Assembly (NCBI GenBank): GCA_965218095.1
Contig: OZ244587.1
Coordinates: 5,696,001 to 5,760,000, forward strand
From: Candidatus Poribacteria bacterium
Lineage (GTDB): Bacteria; Poribacteria; WGA-4E; PCPOR2b
Direction: 5' to 3'
DNA: 64,000 nucleotides
Shown: positions 22,726 to 31,366 of the stretch, piece after piece
Layout of the letters: every line of letters starts with the position of its first letter
Numbering within the stretch: the first letter of the stretch is position 1
The notes under the pieces: model-generated
Database searches by the model: none
Told to the model about the DNA's origin: nothing
What the model saw: only the letters and a program-made list of their open reading frames with translations
Made by a program: the position numbers and the translations under genes

Positions 22726-23271
22726 ATGAAAGTCAATGAAGAAATGTCGTTTTGGGACAGGCTTTATCTTCCTGGCCTCATCAAAGGCATGTTCACCACA
22801 CTGAAACATATTCCCAAAAAGAAATTTACATATCAATACCCAGAAGATCTACGTAGCGTTGAAGAGCGAAACGATCGCTATCGTGGCATCCATAAGTTGC
22901 CATTAGATGAGGTGGGAGATGTCAAGTGTGTGGCATGTTTCATGTGCGCAACAGCTTGTCCGGCGGATTGTATCACGATTAAAGGCGCCCCTGCGCCTGA
23001 AGGCTGGAAGACCAAAGAGGGCTATCAACGCGAAAAATACCCGGAAGTTTTTGAAATAAATATGCTGCGCTGCATCTTCTGTGGTTATTGCGTTGAAGCG
23101 TGTCCAGAGGATGCAATCCAGATGACAGGAATCACGCTTCCTCAATACTTCAGAGAAAAACAGAAAGAAGGTGAAATCTTGGGACGTTCCCGCAGCGATT
23201 TTATCTTCGATAAAGAGATGCTGATAGCCAATAATGATATTCCTGAACGGGGACTTCACCCAGATTCGTAA
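22726..23271 (+). CDS. nuoI: NADH-quinone oxidoreductase subunit I-like 2x[4Fe-4S] protein, standalone
   Basis: TYQYPE, RYRGIH, CVACFMCATACP and RCIFCGYCVEACP. Confidence 0.88.
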   Translation: MKVNEEMSFWDRLYLPGLIKGMFTTLKHIPKKKFTYQYPEDLRSVEERNDRYRGIHKLPLDEVGDVKCVACFMCATACPADCITIKGAPAPEGWKTKEGYQREKYPEVFEINMLRCIFCGYCVEACPEDAIQMTGITLPQYFREKQKEGEILGRSRSDFIFDKEMLIANNDIPERGLHPDS

Positions 23272-23471
23272 AACGTGGAAAATATTTGCATCTCAGCATG
23301 GACGTTTAGGGCAAGGATTCCCATACATTTCAAGTACAGTGTGGGCGAGAATTGCCCGTTTTTTATGGATTTTTTGCCATCAAGTGAATAGTCAGGGGGC
23401 TGGTGTTTACCTGTTTCGACGTGGGCAGGTCATCGGCTGGTAAGCAACATAGATACTGTTAGGATAAGGCT

Positions 23472-26342
23472 TTGGACAAACACCAACACAATCAAATTCA
23501 GGCCCTATCCCTAAACTTTAGTCCAGATTCTCTTTTCGCTTTAACGGATAAGATAAATTCTAGCGTCGAAGGGCGAATCGGTTGGGGGGACACATTTGGG
23601 ATAGGGCTTGGCGCAAAAAATGACAAATATTTGCTCGTCTGGACACCGAAGAAATCATCTGAGGGACAAATTCTCCCCGGGTTTGACTCAGAAGATGGAA
23701 AACTCACACTTAAAATGAAACCACGGCCCGGGGCTTGGATTTCCTGGATTGACGAGGCCAAGGTCGCAGCAGAGGCGACAGACGACTATGACCGAGTTCG
23801 CAAAAGTGTACAAGAGCTAGAGCGTAATGTCCGCCAGGTGACAGACTTTGCTGATGGTATTCTTAAAGACATCACGACGCTACATCTCGGTAAATCGCTC
23901 ACGTTGTCAGATCTTGCGCAAGAGGTTTTGAAAATTGAGTTCGCAATACCAGCTACTGTCAAAACTGGCGGCTACATTCTCGCATGTTCTCAAGAACTCC
24001 CATCTGCATCGGCGAAAGTTATCATTCCTGAACAGACAAATATTCACGACGTTCACATGAACGAGGACGAGCTGTTCGGTTCAATCGTCACGGATGGCTA
24101 TGATCAGCTTCTGGTTGTTTATCGAACGCATATCAAGCGCTATCCCGACCTCCTCGATATTAGCTACTGTTTAACGCTCATTGATTACCTCCATGGTAAG
24201 CCGGCGCAAAAAGAGATTGTGTCGAATGTACCGTGTCACCCTGTACGAGGCTTAAGACCGGTAGCAGTTTTCCCAACCGCGGCCGTCTATAATCCGCTGC
24301 ACCCGGATAGAATCGAACTCGTTGTCACCACTCTCAATGGCTCCCATGAAGCCATTCGTGAAGCAATCGCCAAATGTTCATCGGCCGTCGATCAGTATGT
24401 GTCGCAGGCCAATCGACGTGCCCAGGAAATCATGGCGAATTTTCAGGGGCGTATCAATAGCCGGCTTCAAGCACTTACGCTCCAACCCGGGCAAAGGATT
24501 TATGAAAAAGTTTGGGATGACCTTGCAATTAACGGACTGCGGAATCAGATGTTTGAATTTACCGAATTTTTCGGTAAGTATATCGGGGAGCGGCTGGGTG
24601 AGGATAAAGTGGAATCCAGAAAAGCCCTGCTTAAGCGCAGCATAGATCCGATCCTCGAAGCATGGCAGCTTCAAGATATACGGCAGACAACTATCAGACA
24701 CCTCATCTTATCTGGCTACAAATTGGCGAATCAAGTGTTGGATCAAGCGTCCGGGCTCTTCTACGATCTTGTATTTGAAAAGCACTTTATCGAAGCCGGG
24801 TTGATCGGTACGGTTGACTTGTTGGTGCTCGAAAATGGAGAATTTCTGGGTGAGATTCATTTGCCAGAGTGGACGGAAAAAACCGTGCGAGATCGGCTCC
24901 ACCGCTTTGGGTTGAACCCCGCCATCCATCCTAAGCAGCTTGAGAGACTCCGAAACCTGTGGGTGGAATTACTGGAAATCGGCAATTTTGCAAGCCGACA
25001 TCAGCAACAGTTTGAATCCATTCTAAACCCTTTGGCTGATATTCTGTTGATGAGAAAGCAACCTAAAACCGATACTTCCCCAACGGAGAGCTTGAGCTCA
25101 CGTAAAATCTCGCTCCGGAAAGAAAATACTTTTGAAGGATTCGAGATTTCGGAGCAGGAGTTTGAAGCAGCCCTCAATTGTCTTAAAGACAATTTCCCTG
25201 TGATTAAACGTTGGATCCAGAATGTGCCGGAAGAGCGGGACGAGTATGAGCGATATTATGCGATACTGTGGATGATACTGACTGATGGGTTGGTGCGAGA
25301 GATTCTTTGTCGGAAATTCCAGCCGATTTGCGAAATCAATCTCAGCCTCCCTTTAGAAACCAAGAGATTGATAGATCTTGTTCTTGGTGGGAAAATTGTC
25401 ATACGCAATGAGAAAGATCTAAACGCGCTAAAGCGAAACCTTGATCGCGCCTTAAACGCGAAAATCGGTCGTGGGTTACAGGAGATTGCTACGCCTGCCA
25501 TGCTTAAAATTCATAGCGATACCTTGCTACGTGTGTTGCACGAGGAATTGCTCGCATATCAAGAGGGACTCGATAAACAACTCATCCGTGCTGCGAATCC
25601 CAGGACACAGAAGAAGCGGGGCAAGACGAAAAAGGGGCGGAGAAAGAATTTACCTGCCGAAAAAATTATAGCGGAGATCGAAGAGGAAAAGCCCAAAATC
25701 GCTGAACTCATAGAGTTTCTGAATCCCTACACCGATGCTCCATTGATATTGCTCGAAACGGCGATGCATTCCGACTTTCAGCAAATCAATCAGATACGGA
25801 AGCATCAGGTGCTGAATTTCGACCTGCAATCCTTGCCCCCCGTCGAGGAGACGTGGCTGGAAAATGTGAAATCGCTTGATGACTATCCCAATCTGCGCGC
25901 ATTTCTGTTTGAAAATAAGCTGCCCATCTCCACTACCGGGCGCGTGTTGATGAAACTAAGACGGACTTTTCCTGAACCTGCGGCGGCGGAGAATTCTTCG
26001 GCGAATGCGTTCGATGTCGCCGTGGATCTAATCCAAGAGCTAAAAGCCCTCCAGGACGCATCATACGCTGGCGATACGCTGAAACGATATATAAACTACA
26101 TTTCCGAAAAATTGTGGCGATGGGAGCTCACGCAGCTTACAGAGGCGGAACTGCCGACGCTGATTAAAGAGAAGGTTCTGTCTTCGGCAATCTGCTACGA
26201 AGAAGAGGTCGAAGCACTCCTAGAGTATGTTGAACGCTACGAGCAGTTATTAGAAACAAAACTCGCCCCTGGATCTGAGATGGATAAACCGTGCGAGCTG
26301 TTAGAGGAGAACTTCCAGGCGCTCGCTGAAACACTCCTGTAA
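23472..26342 (+). CDS. Large hypothetical protein (956 aa)
   Basis: Uninterrupted 2.9-kb ORF, apparently helical, Lys/Arg-rich patch; no motif recognised; TTG start uncertain. Confidence 0.85.
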   Translation: MDKHQHNQIQALSLNFSPDSLFALTDKINSSVEGRIGWGDTFGIGLGAKNDKYLLVWTPKKSSEGQILPGFDSEDGKLTLKMKPRPGAWISWIDEAKVAAEATDDYDRVRKSVQELERNVRQVTDFADGILKDITTLHLGKSLTLSDLAQEVLKIEFAIPATVKTGGYILACSQELPSASAKVIIPEQTNIHDVHMNEDELFGSIVTDGYDQLLVVYRTHIKRYPDLLDISYCLTLIDYLHGKPAQKEIVSNVPCHPVRGLRPVAVFPTAAVYNPLHPDRIELVVTTLNGSHEAIREAIAKCSSAVDQYVSQANRRAQEIMANFQGRINSRLQALTLQPGQRIYEKVWDDLAINGLRNQMFEFTEFFGKYIGERLGEDKVESRKALLKRSIDPILEAWQLQDIRQTTIRHLILSGYKLANQVLDQASGLFYDLVFEKHFIEAGLIGTVDLLVLENGEFLGEIHLPEWTEKTVRDRLHRFGLNPAIHPKQLERLRNLWVELLEIGNFASRHQQQFESILNPLADILLMRKQPKTDTSPTESLSSRKISLRKENTFEGFEISEQEFEAALNCLKDNFPVIKRWIQNVPEERDEYERYYAILWMILTDGLVREILCRKFQPICEINLSLPLETKRLIDLVLGGKIVIRNEKDLNALKRNLDRALNAKIGRGLQEIATPAMLKIHSDTLLRVLHEELLAYQEGLDKQLIRAANPRTQKKRGKTKKGRRKNLPAEKIIAEIEEEKPKIAELIEFLNPYTDAPLILLETAMHSDFQQINQIRKHQVLNFDLQSLPPVEETWLENVKSLDDYPNLRAFLFENKLPISTTGRVLMKLRRTFPEPAAAENSSANAFDVAVDLIQELKALQDASYAGDTLKRYINYISEKLWRWELTQLTEAELPTLIKEKVLSSAICYEEEVEALLEYVERYEQLLETKLAPGSEMDKPCELLEENFQALAETLL

Positions 26343-26370
26343 GCCAATTGTTAGATTGAGTGGTATTGAG

Positions 26371-27261
26371 ATGAAGGTTAGCATCCTCGGACGAGGAAAT
26401 GACATTATTCCCGTTGTATCAGCAGTTTGTCACTTAGATCTCATATCCGAAGTTGTTTGGGTAGACGATAGGCCAGGGGTACCCCATGATGTCCTGCAAG
26501 ACCTGAAACAAGCAATTGCAATCAGAGGTTCTGACACTGGACTGCATTGCGCCAAAGAGTTATCTGCGCTGGAAGACTCTCAAATTGTCATTCTCCTTTC
26601 TCATTCATCAGGTCCAGCCGTGCGTCCTATCCAAGTTCAACGCCGGGCAAATTCTGTGCTTGCCTGTCGTTTCGCTCGGTGTATCAAACAGCATGCGCCG
26701 GGGGCGCGAGTCGTCGTCGCAATGTCTCCCGCATGTTCTCTTGCTTTTTACGTTTGTCGTGAACTTGAGGCGGATACGAGCCAGGTCATTGGACTTTCTG
26801 GAGGGACAGCCAGTGCGTACCTGAAAACCCAAATCGCCAATCAACTAGGCGTCTCTGTGCAAGATGTTACGACACTCGTGATTGGGAATGATGATACAGT
26901 CTATCCGCTTCCGCAATACTGCCGTGTGAACGGTATACCGCTGGAAGGATTATTAAGCGCGAGGCAGATTCATGAGTTGACTGATGCAGTGAATGGCAGA
27001 CATACAAAGTCTGGGAACATTGATGCGCCGTACACGCTCGCCGCCTGGATTTCACAAATTATCACGGCAATTGCGTTGGACAAGAAGCGAATCATGAGCG
27101 TTGGTTCCCTAATTCAATCGAGCGCCGCGGATGTCTACCTCACTGTTCCGACAAAAATTGGTCGGAACGGGGTTGAATCAATTCTTCAATTGGATCTGAC
27201 CAACTCCCAGCGTGAGCAGTTCACGCAATTGGTTGCCAAGAGTGTTATGGGACAAAATTAA
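26371..27261 (+). CDS. Malate/lactate dehydrogenase-fold protein, catalytic residues degenerate
   Basis: MKVSILG start, IANQLGVSVQDV, VNGIPL, DKKRI, VPTKIGRNGVE match LDH-like MDH; LDxxR and GxHGD motifs are absent. Confidence 0.8.
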   Translation: MKVSILGRGNDIIPVVSAVCHLDLISEVVWVDDRPGVPHDVLQDLKQAIAIRGSDTGLHCAKELSALEDSQIVILLSHSSGPAVRPIQVQRRANSVLACRFARCIKQHAPGARVVVAMSPACSLAFYVCRELEADTSQVIGLSGGTASAYLKTQIANQLGVSVQDVTTLVIGNDDTVYPLPQYCRVNGIPLEGLLSARQIHELTDAVNGRHTKSGNIDAPYTLAAWISQIITAIALDKKRIMSVGSLIQSSAADVYLTVPTKIGRNGVESILQLDLTNSQREQFTQLVAKSVMGQN

Positions 27262-27274
27262 GGAGAGGATAAAA

Positions 27275-28384
27275 ATGAGAGAAATATATCAAAAAGTTAC
27301 CGAACTCATCCAAGCCAGAGAGATTGGCGCTTACTGTACTGTCGTGGAAACGAAGGGGTCCACGCCACAAAAGTCAGGGTCCAAGTTGCTCATCTTACCA
27401 GACCTGCGCAATGTTGGGACGCTCGGGGGCGGGTGTGTGGAAGCAGAGGCGCGACAACAGGCAATCGGCTTAATGCAAGGCGGCGTTCCACGTCTACTTG
27501 AATTTCAGTTGGACAGTGACTACGGGTGGGACGATGGGCTGATCTGCGGCGGCAATATGAAGATATTCATCGATCTCCCTCAGACCAAGGAAGAATCGTT
27601 TTTGTTAACCCGATTGCAGGAACTCGCAGATGAAAAAATTCCCCTCGTCTTTACAACAGTCGTTAAAAGCGAGATAGATGATGTCAAAGTTGGCGCAAAG
27701 ATGCTCTTCGCAACCAACGGTGAACAGAGCGGTTCTTTGGGAAATGCAGAATTAGAGGCAGAAATCCAAGGTGAACTGACTGAAATCCTTGAGACAGATG
27801 CGCCCAGCGTCTTTCGCTGGCAAGATGGGGCGGTCTGGGTCTTTATGGACCCGATGCAGCCACGCCCCACCCTGCTCATCGCTGGCGCAGGGCATGTCGG
27901 ACAAGCGCTTTGCCATCTCTGCAAGTGGCTTGGTTTTGACATCGCAATCGTCGATGATCGCGCCGATTTCGCCTCTGAAGAGCGTCTGCCCGAAGCTGAT
28001 CAGATCATCATCGGTGACATCGCAGAGGAATTGCGGAAATACCCCATTGACCATTTAACCTATGTTGTCATTGTCACACGCGGACATCAGCATGACGAGG
28101 AGGCGCTCCACAGCGTCGTTGAGTCCGATGCGCATTATGTGGGGCTGATTGGCAGCCGCCGGAAGGTCAAGCTCATCTTCGATGATCTGATAGAAGTCGG
28201 TGTTCCAGAAGAAAGATTGGCGCAGGTCTATTCCCCAATTGGATTGGACATCAACTCCAAAACCGTGCCGGAGATCGCTGTGAGCATCGCCGCGCAACTC
28301 ATCCAGGTCCGCAATAGCACGAAGCCAGATGTTCACTTTGATGCACAGCCGGCGAAAATGCCCACGATTAAGGTCGGCACATAA
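27275..28384 (+). CDS. XdhC/CoxI-family molybdenum cofactor chaperone
   Basis: GSTPQKSG, GTLGGGCVE, GLICGG, GAGHVG, TRGHQHD, GLIGSRRK, PIGLDI. Confidence 0.92.
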   Translation: MREIYQKVTELIQAREIGAYCTVVETKGSTPQKSGSKLLILPDLRNVGTLGGGCVEAEARQQAIGLMQGGVPRLLEFQLDSDYGWDDGLICGGNMKIFIDLPQTKEESFLLTRLQELADEKIPLVFTTVVKSEIDDVKVGAKMLFATNGEQSGSLGNAELEAEIQGELTEILETDAPSVFRWQDGAVWVFMDPMQPRPTLLIAGAGHVGQALCHLCKWLGFDIAIVDDRADFASEERLPEADQIIIGDIAEELRKYPIDHLTYVVIVTRGHQHDEEALHSVVESDAHYVGLIGSRRKVKLIFDDLIEVGVPEERLAQVYSPIGLDINSKTVPEIAVSIAAQLIQVRNSTKPDVHFDAQPAKMPTIKVGT

Positions 28385-28402
28385 TGTCCGCAAGTCAGAG
28401 CC

Positions 28403-28744
28403 ATGGTGACAATTCAATTAGATAACGACAAAAACTACACCGTAAAAGAAGTCATTGAGCTTGCTGGGCTTGCCCTAGATTTTATCGGGGAGCAAGCGCC
28501 TGATAATGAGCTCCAGTTCTCCGCAACAGATGTCTACTGGACCTTGCGAAATCTGCTTGACTACGTTAACAGACAGACACGAGGAGAATTTACCCTCAAA
28601 CGCCTCAAGAAAGGCTCCTGGGGGCTTGAGTATACAGATAAAAAAGCCGCAAAACGCAAAGCCGATGAACGGCATCGGCGGGAGAAAAAACGCACAGCAG
28701 ATTATCTTCATAAGCTCACCGGTCATCGCCCGCCCTGGGGGTAA
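28403..28744 (+). CDS. Hypothetical protein with basic C-terminus
   Basis: 113-aa ORF directly after xdhC. Confidence 0.6.
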   Translation: MVTIQLDNDKNYTVKEVIELAGLALDFIGEQAPDNELQFSATDVYWTLRNLLDYVNRQTRGEFTLKRLKKGSWGLEYTDKKAAKRKADERHRREKKRTADYLHKLTGHRPPWG

Positions 28745-28897
28745 CTGCCCACCCATTCCCCACTTCCGCAGGGACAGTCCCGTATTGGAAAAACACGCAG
28801 GTTCTCCCCTACTTATAGTTTGTATCAAATGACCCCATGAGCTAAACTAAAAGGAGATGGTATTGCCATCAACTACAATCCACTCATGGAGGTCAAT

Positions 28898-29474
28898 ATG
28901 AAACCACAAAGCAATACAGCCTACGGTATCAACCGTCTACAATCAAAGACCGCAAGGGCAGCTATCATTCAGAAGATTTCATCAGACTTTAATCTAATGC
29001 CACTGATTGCCGAAGCCTACTATAAACAGATTGCTTCCTACTTTGCTCAACATGCCGAAATTGAACTCACGTCAGGCCAAATCTGCTATGAGGCAGTCGC
29101 AGCCGATGAACCGGCAGGCAAACATATCGCGTTAGCGAAAAAAGTCTCATGTCAACTCACTCTCAATGATGTCCAAACTGACCTTGAGATGTTAGCCGAT
29201 TATGGGCTTTCTGGACTCAGACGCCATCGAATTCTCCGATTAACCAAACAAGCCTATGACCAAGATGCCCTGCTCAGCTATGAAGATTTAGCGGTGCTAT
29301 TAACCACCAGTCCAGCGACCGTCAAGCGCGACATTCGACAGTTGAAACAGGACGGTTACTTTGTTATGACTCGCGGTGCCAAACATGACATGGGGCCTGG
29401 CATCTCTCATAAGACTCAGATTCTGGAATTGTACTTCAAAGGGTATCAGTTCACTGAAATTGAGCAAAAGACTA
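28898..29474 (+). pseudogene. DUF1670-like HTH protein 1, truncated by IS
   Basis: GGAGG RBS; RLTKQAYDQDALLSYEDLAVLL...TVKRD...TRG..HDMGPGISHK; ends at the IS end. Confidence 0.65.
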
Positions 29475-30326
29475 GGTTCTGTTGACATTTCAAGGGAGCC
29501 ATATAAGAGTGGGGACAAAGCTGAGAAATCCAAAATAACGGACAGCTAGCTTCTCAAACCGAGAGAAGATACGACGATACCATTTTATCTTGTTGATGAA
29601 ACATTCAACCCGATGTCTCTCTTTGTAGATGCCTCTCTTTGTATAAGCGTTTGTCATATGTTCTTTGGTCAACACGATGACTTTTTGGCGGTATCACCGC
29701 AATTGCTCCATTCGCCTCAATAACCGCGATAAAAGCGTCCGAATCGTACCCCTTGTCTCCAATCACATATTCACTGTTATATCCGATTATCAACCCTTCT
29801 GCCTCAGTTATGTCATGTCTCTGACCGGGGGTCAGATGAATTCTTAGGGGATTGCCTAGTCCGTCAACTGTGATGTGATTTTTTGTACTGAAACCGCCCC
29901 GAGACCGACCTAATGCTTGGTTTTCAGTGCCACCGTTTTTTTTAAGGCGCCAGCTTTTTAAGGCGCCCGCCGCACACGGGTGAGCGCGGCAGATGGTACT
30001 GTCCACAATAAGCGACTCGATATCGGGGTCAGAGGCGAAGTGGGGGTGCATCTGTGTGAAGATACCTTTGTCGCACCATCGAGTAAACCGCTTGTAGCGG
30101 GTGTTCGATTTGCCATAGGTGTCTGGTAGAAGTCTCCATTGAGCCCCGCTACGAGTCACCCACAGGACGGCTTCGACGAAGCGGCGTGTAGCAGCTTCGT
30201 CGCCAACATAGATGGTGGGACAGCTTAGAAGAAACCGGTATATCTTATTCCATTGGTCATCGGGTAAGGTTATTGGCGTCATTCTTCTATTATGCCACAA
30301 CCTTATACTCAAATGTCAACAGAACC
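29475..30326 (-). mobile_element. IS5-family type B, copy 2, with two 16-bp duplications
   Basis: Same IRs, TA flanks; 852 bp = 820 + 2x16; C-terminus frameshifted. Confidence 0.93.
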
Positions 30327-31140
30327 TAATTCATCGCTTTATCAATTCTTACGGTTATGACAAAGGAGAAGTCACGGCGGCTGTCATTGTTGATGACATT
30401 GTCAAAACCATTGAAGGCTATTTCTTGATTGCCCTCCCCCTTGAGAAACTCGCCACAGGAGACCAAATCCCTAATCAGCGAATGCTCAGTTATGGGCAAT
30501 TGGTCTGGATGGCTGTGCCGATTGATGAATACCCACAAAAAGGGAAGTCAATCGTCAAAACCGCTATGAAGCCGGTTGTTCTGACCTACCTCGCTTCTGA
30601 GGATATTGAATCCTTTCGCAACGGTTTTACTTCCCGGCAACTCAGAATCAATTGATTAGTCCGATGGTGTTATCAAGCCTATGACCAAGGCGCATTATTG
30701 ACCCAACTCGACCTAGCTGTGTTGCTCAATATCTGTGATGCCATCGTCAGCGACTATGTCAATGAGTGGCAAAAAAATAGTGGAAAACTCTTGCCCACCC
30801 GGGGCAATATCCATGATTTATCGGGAGCGATTACCCACAAGAAAGAGATTGTTACCCTCTATCTCCAAGGGCATCTGCTGCCAAAACCAGCCACTCTAAA
30901 GAAGCGGTTGACCGATACATTCGCGATTATGAGTCCGTTAAGACGGTTCGTGCCGCTACGGAGGATATTGACAAAATCTCTCAGATTACCCGGCTCTCCA
31001 AACGCGTCATCTCTCAATATCTTGACCTGATTCCTCAACATTCGCTTGATGACATGGACGCTAACTTAGCAACCGAATCAGAAAGCTGTAAAGATGCCAA
31101 CACCCTGTTCCGTTCCGAACCTACAGGAGACCCCCAATGA
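30327..31140 (+). pseudogene. DUF1670-like HTH protein 2 (5'-truncated, nonsense, frameshift)
   Basis: LRIN*LVRWCYQAYDQGALLTQLDLAVLL...PTRGNIHDLSGAITHK; shift near 30880 into KTSHSKEAVDRYIRDY. Confidence 0.65.
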
Positions 31141-31207
31141 TAAAATCGGACAAACGTTGCTTAGCGTTTTGCCCAACAAAACATCGTAATTTTACTTGAA
31201 GATTGGT

Positions 31208-31236
31208 TTGACACCCGCTATCTTTTTTGCTATACT
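31208..31236 (+). promoter_or_regulatory. Near-consensus sigma70 promoter with no downstream plus-strand gene
   Basis: TTGACA-N17-TATACT with extended TG. Confidence 0.6.
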
Positions 31237-31366
31237 TCGTTATGCTTATATCCAAGCGTATCCATTTCTCGAAGGAGATGCGAGTTCACCCAATCCAACC
31301 CGCTCATGGGTGATGGCTGGAAGGCAATAGACATCAGCATTCCAACCATCATCTGGTCATTTGATA

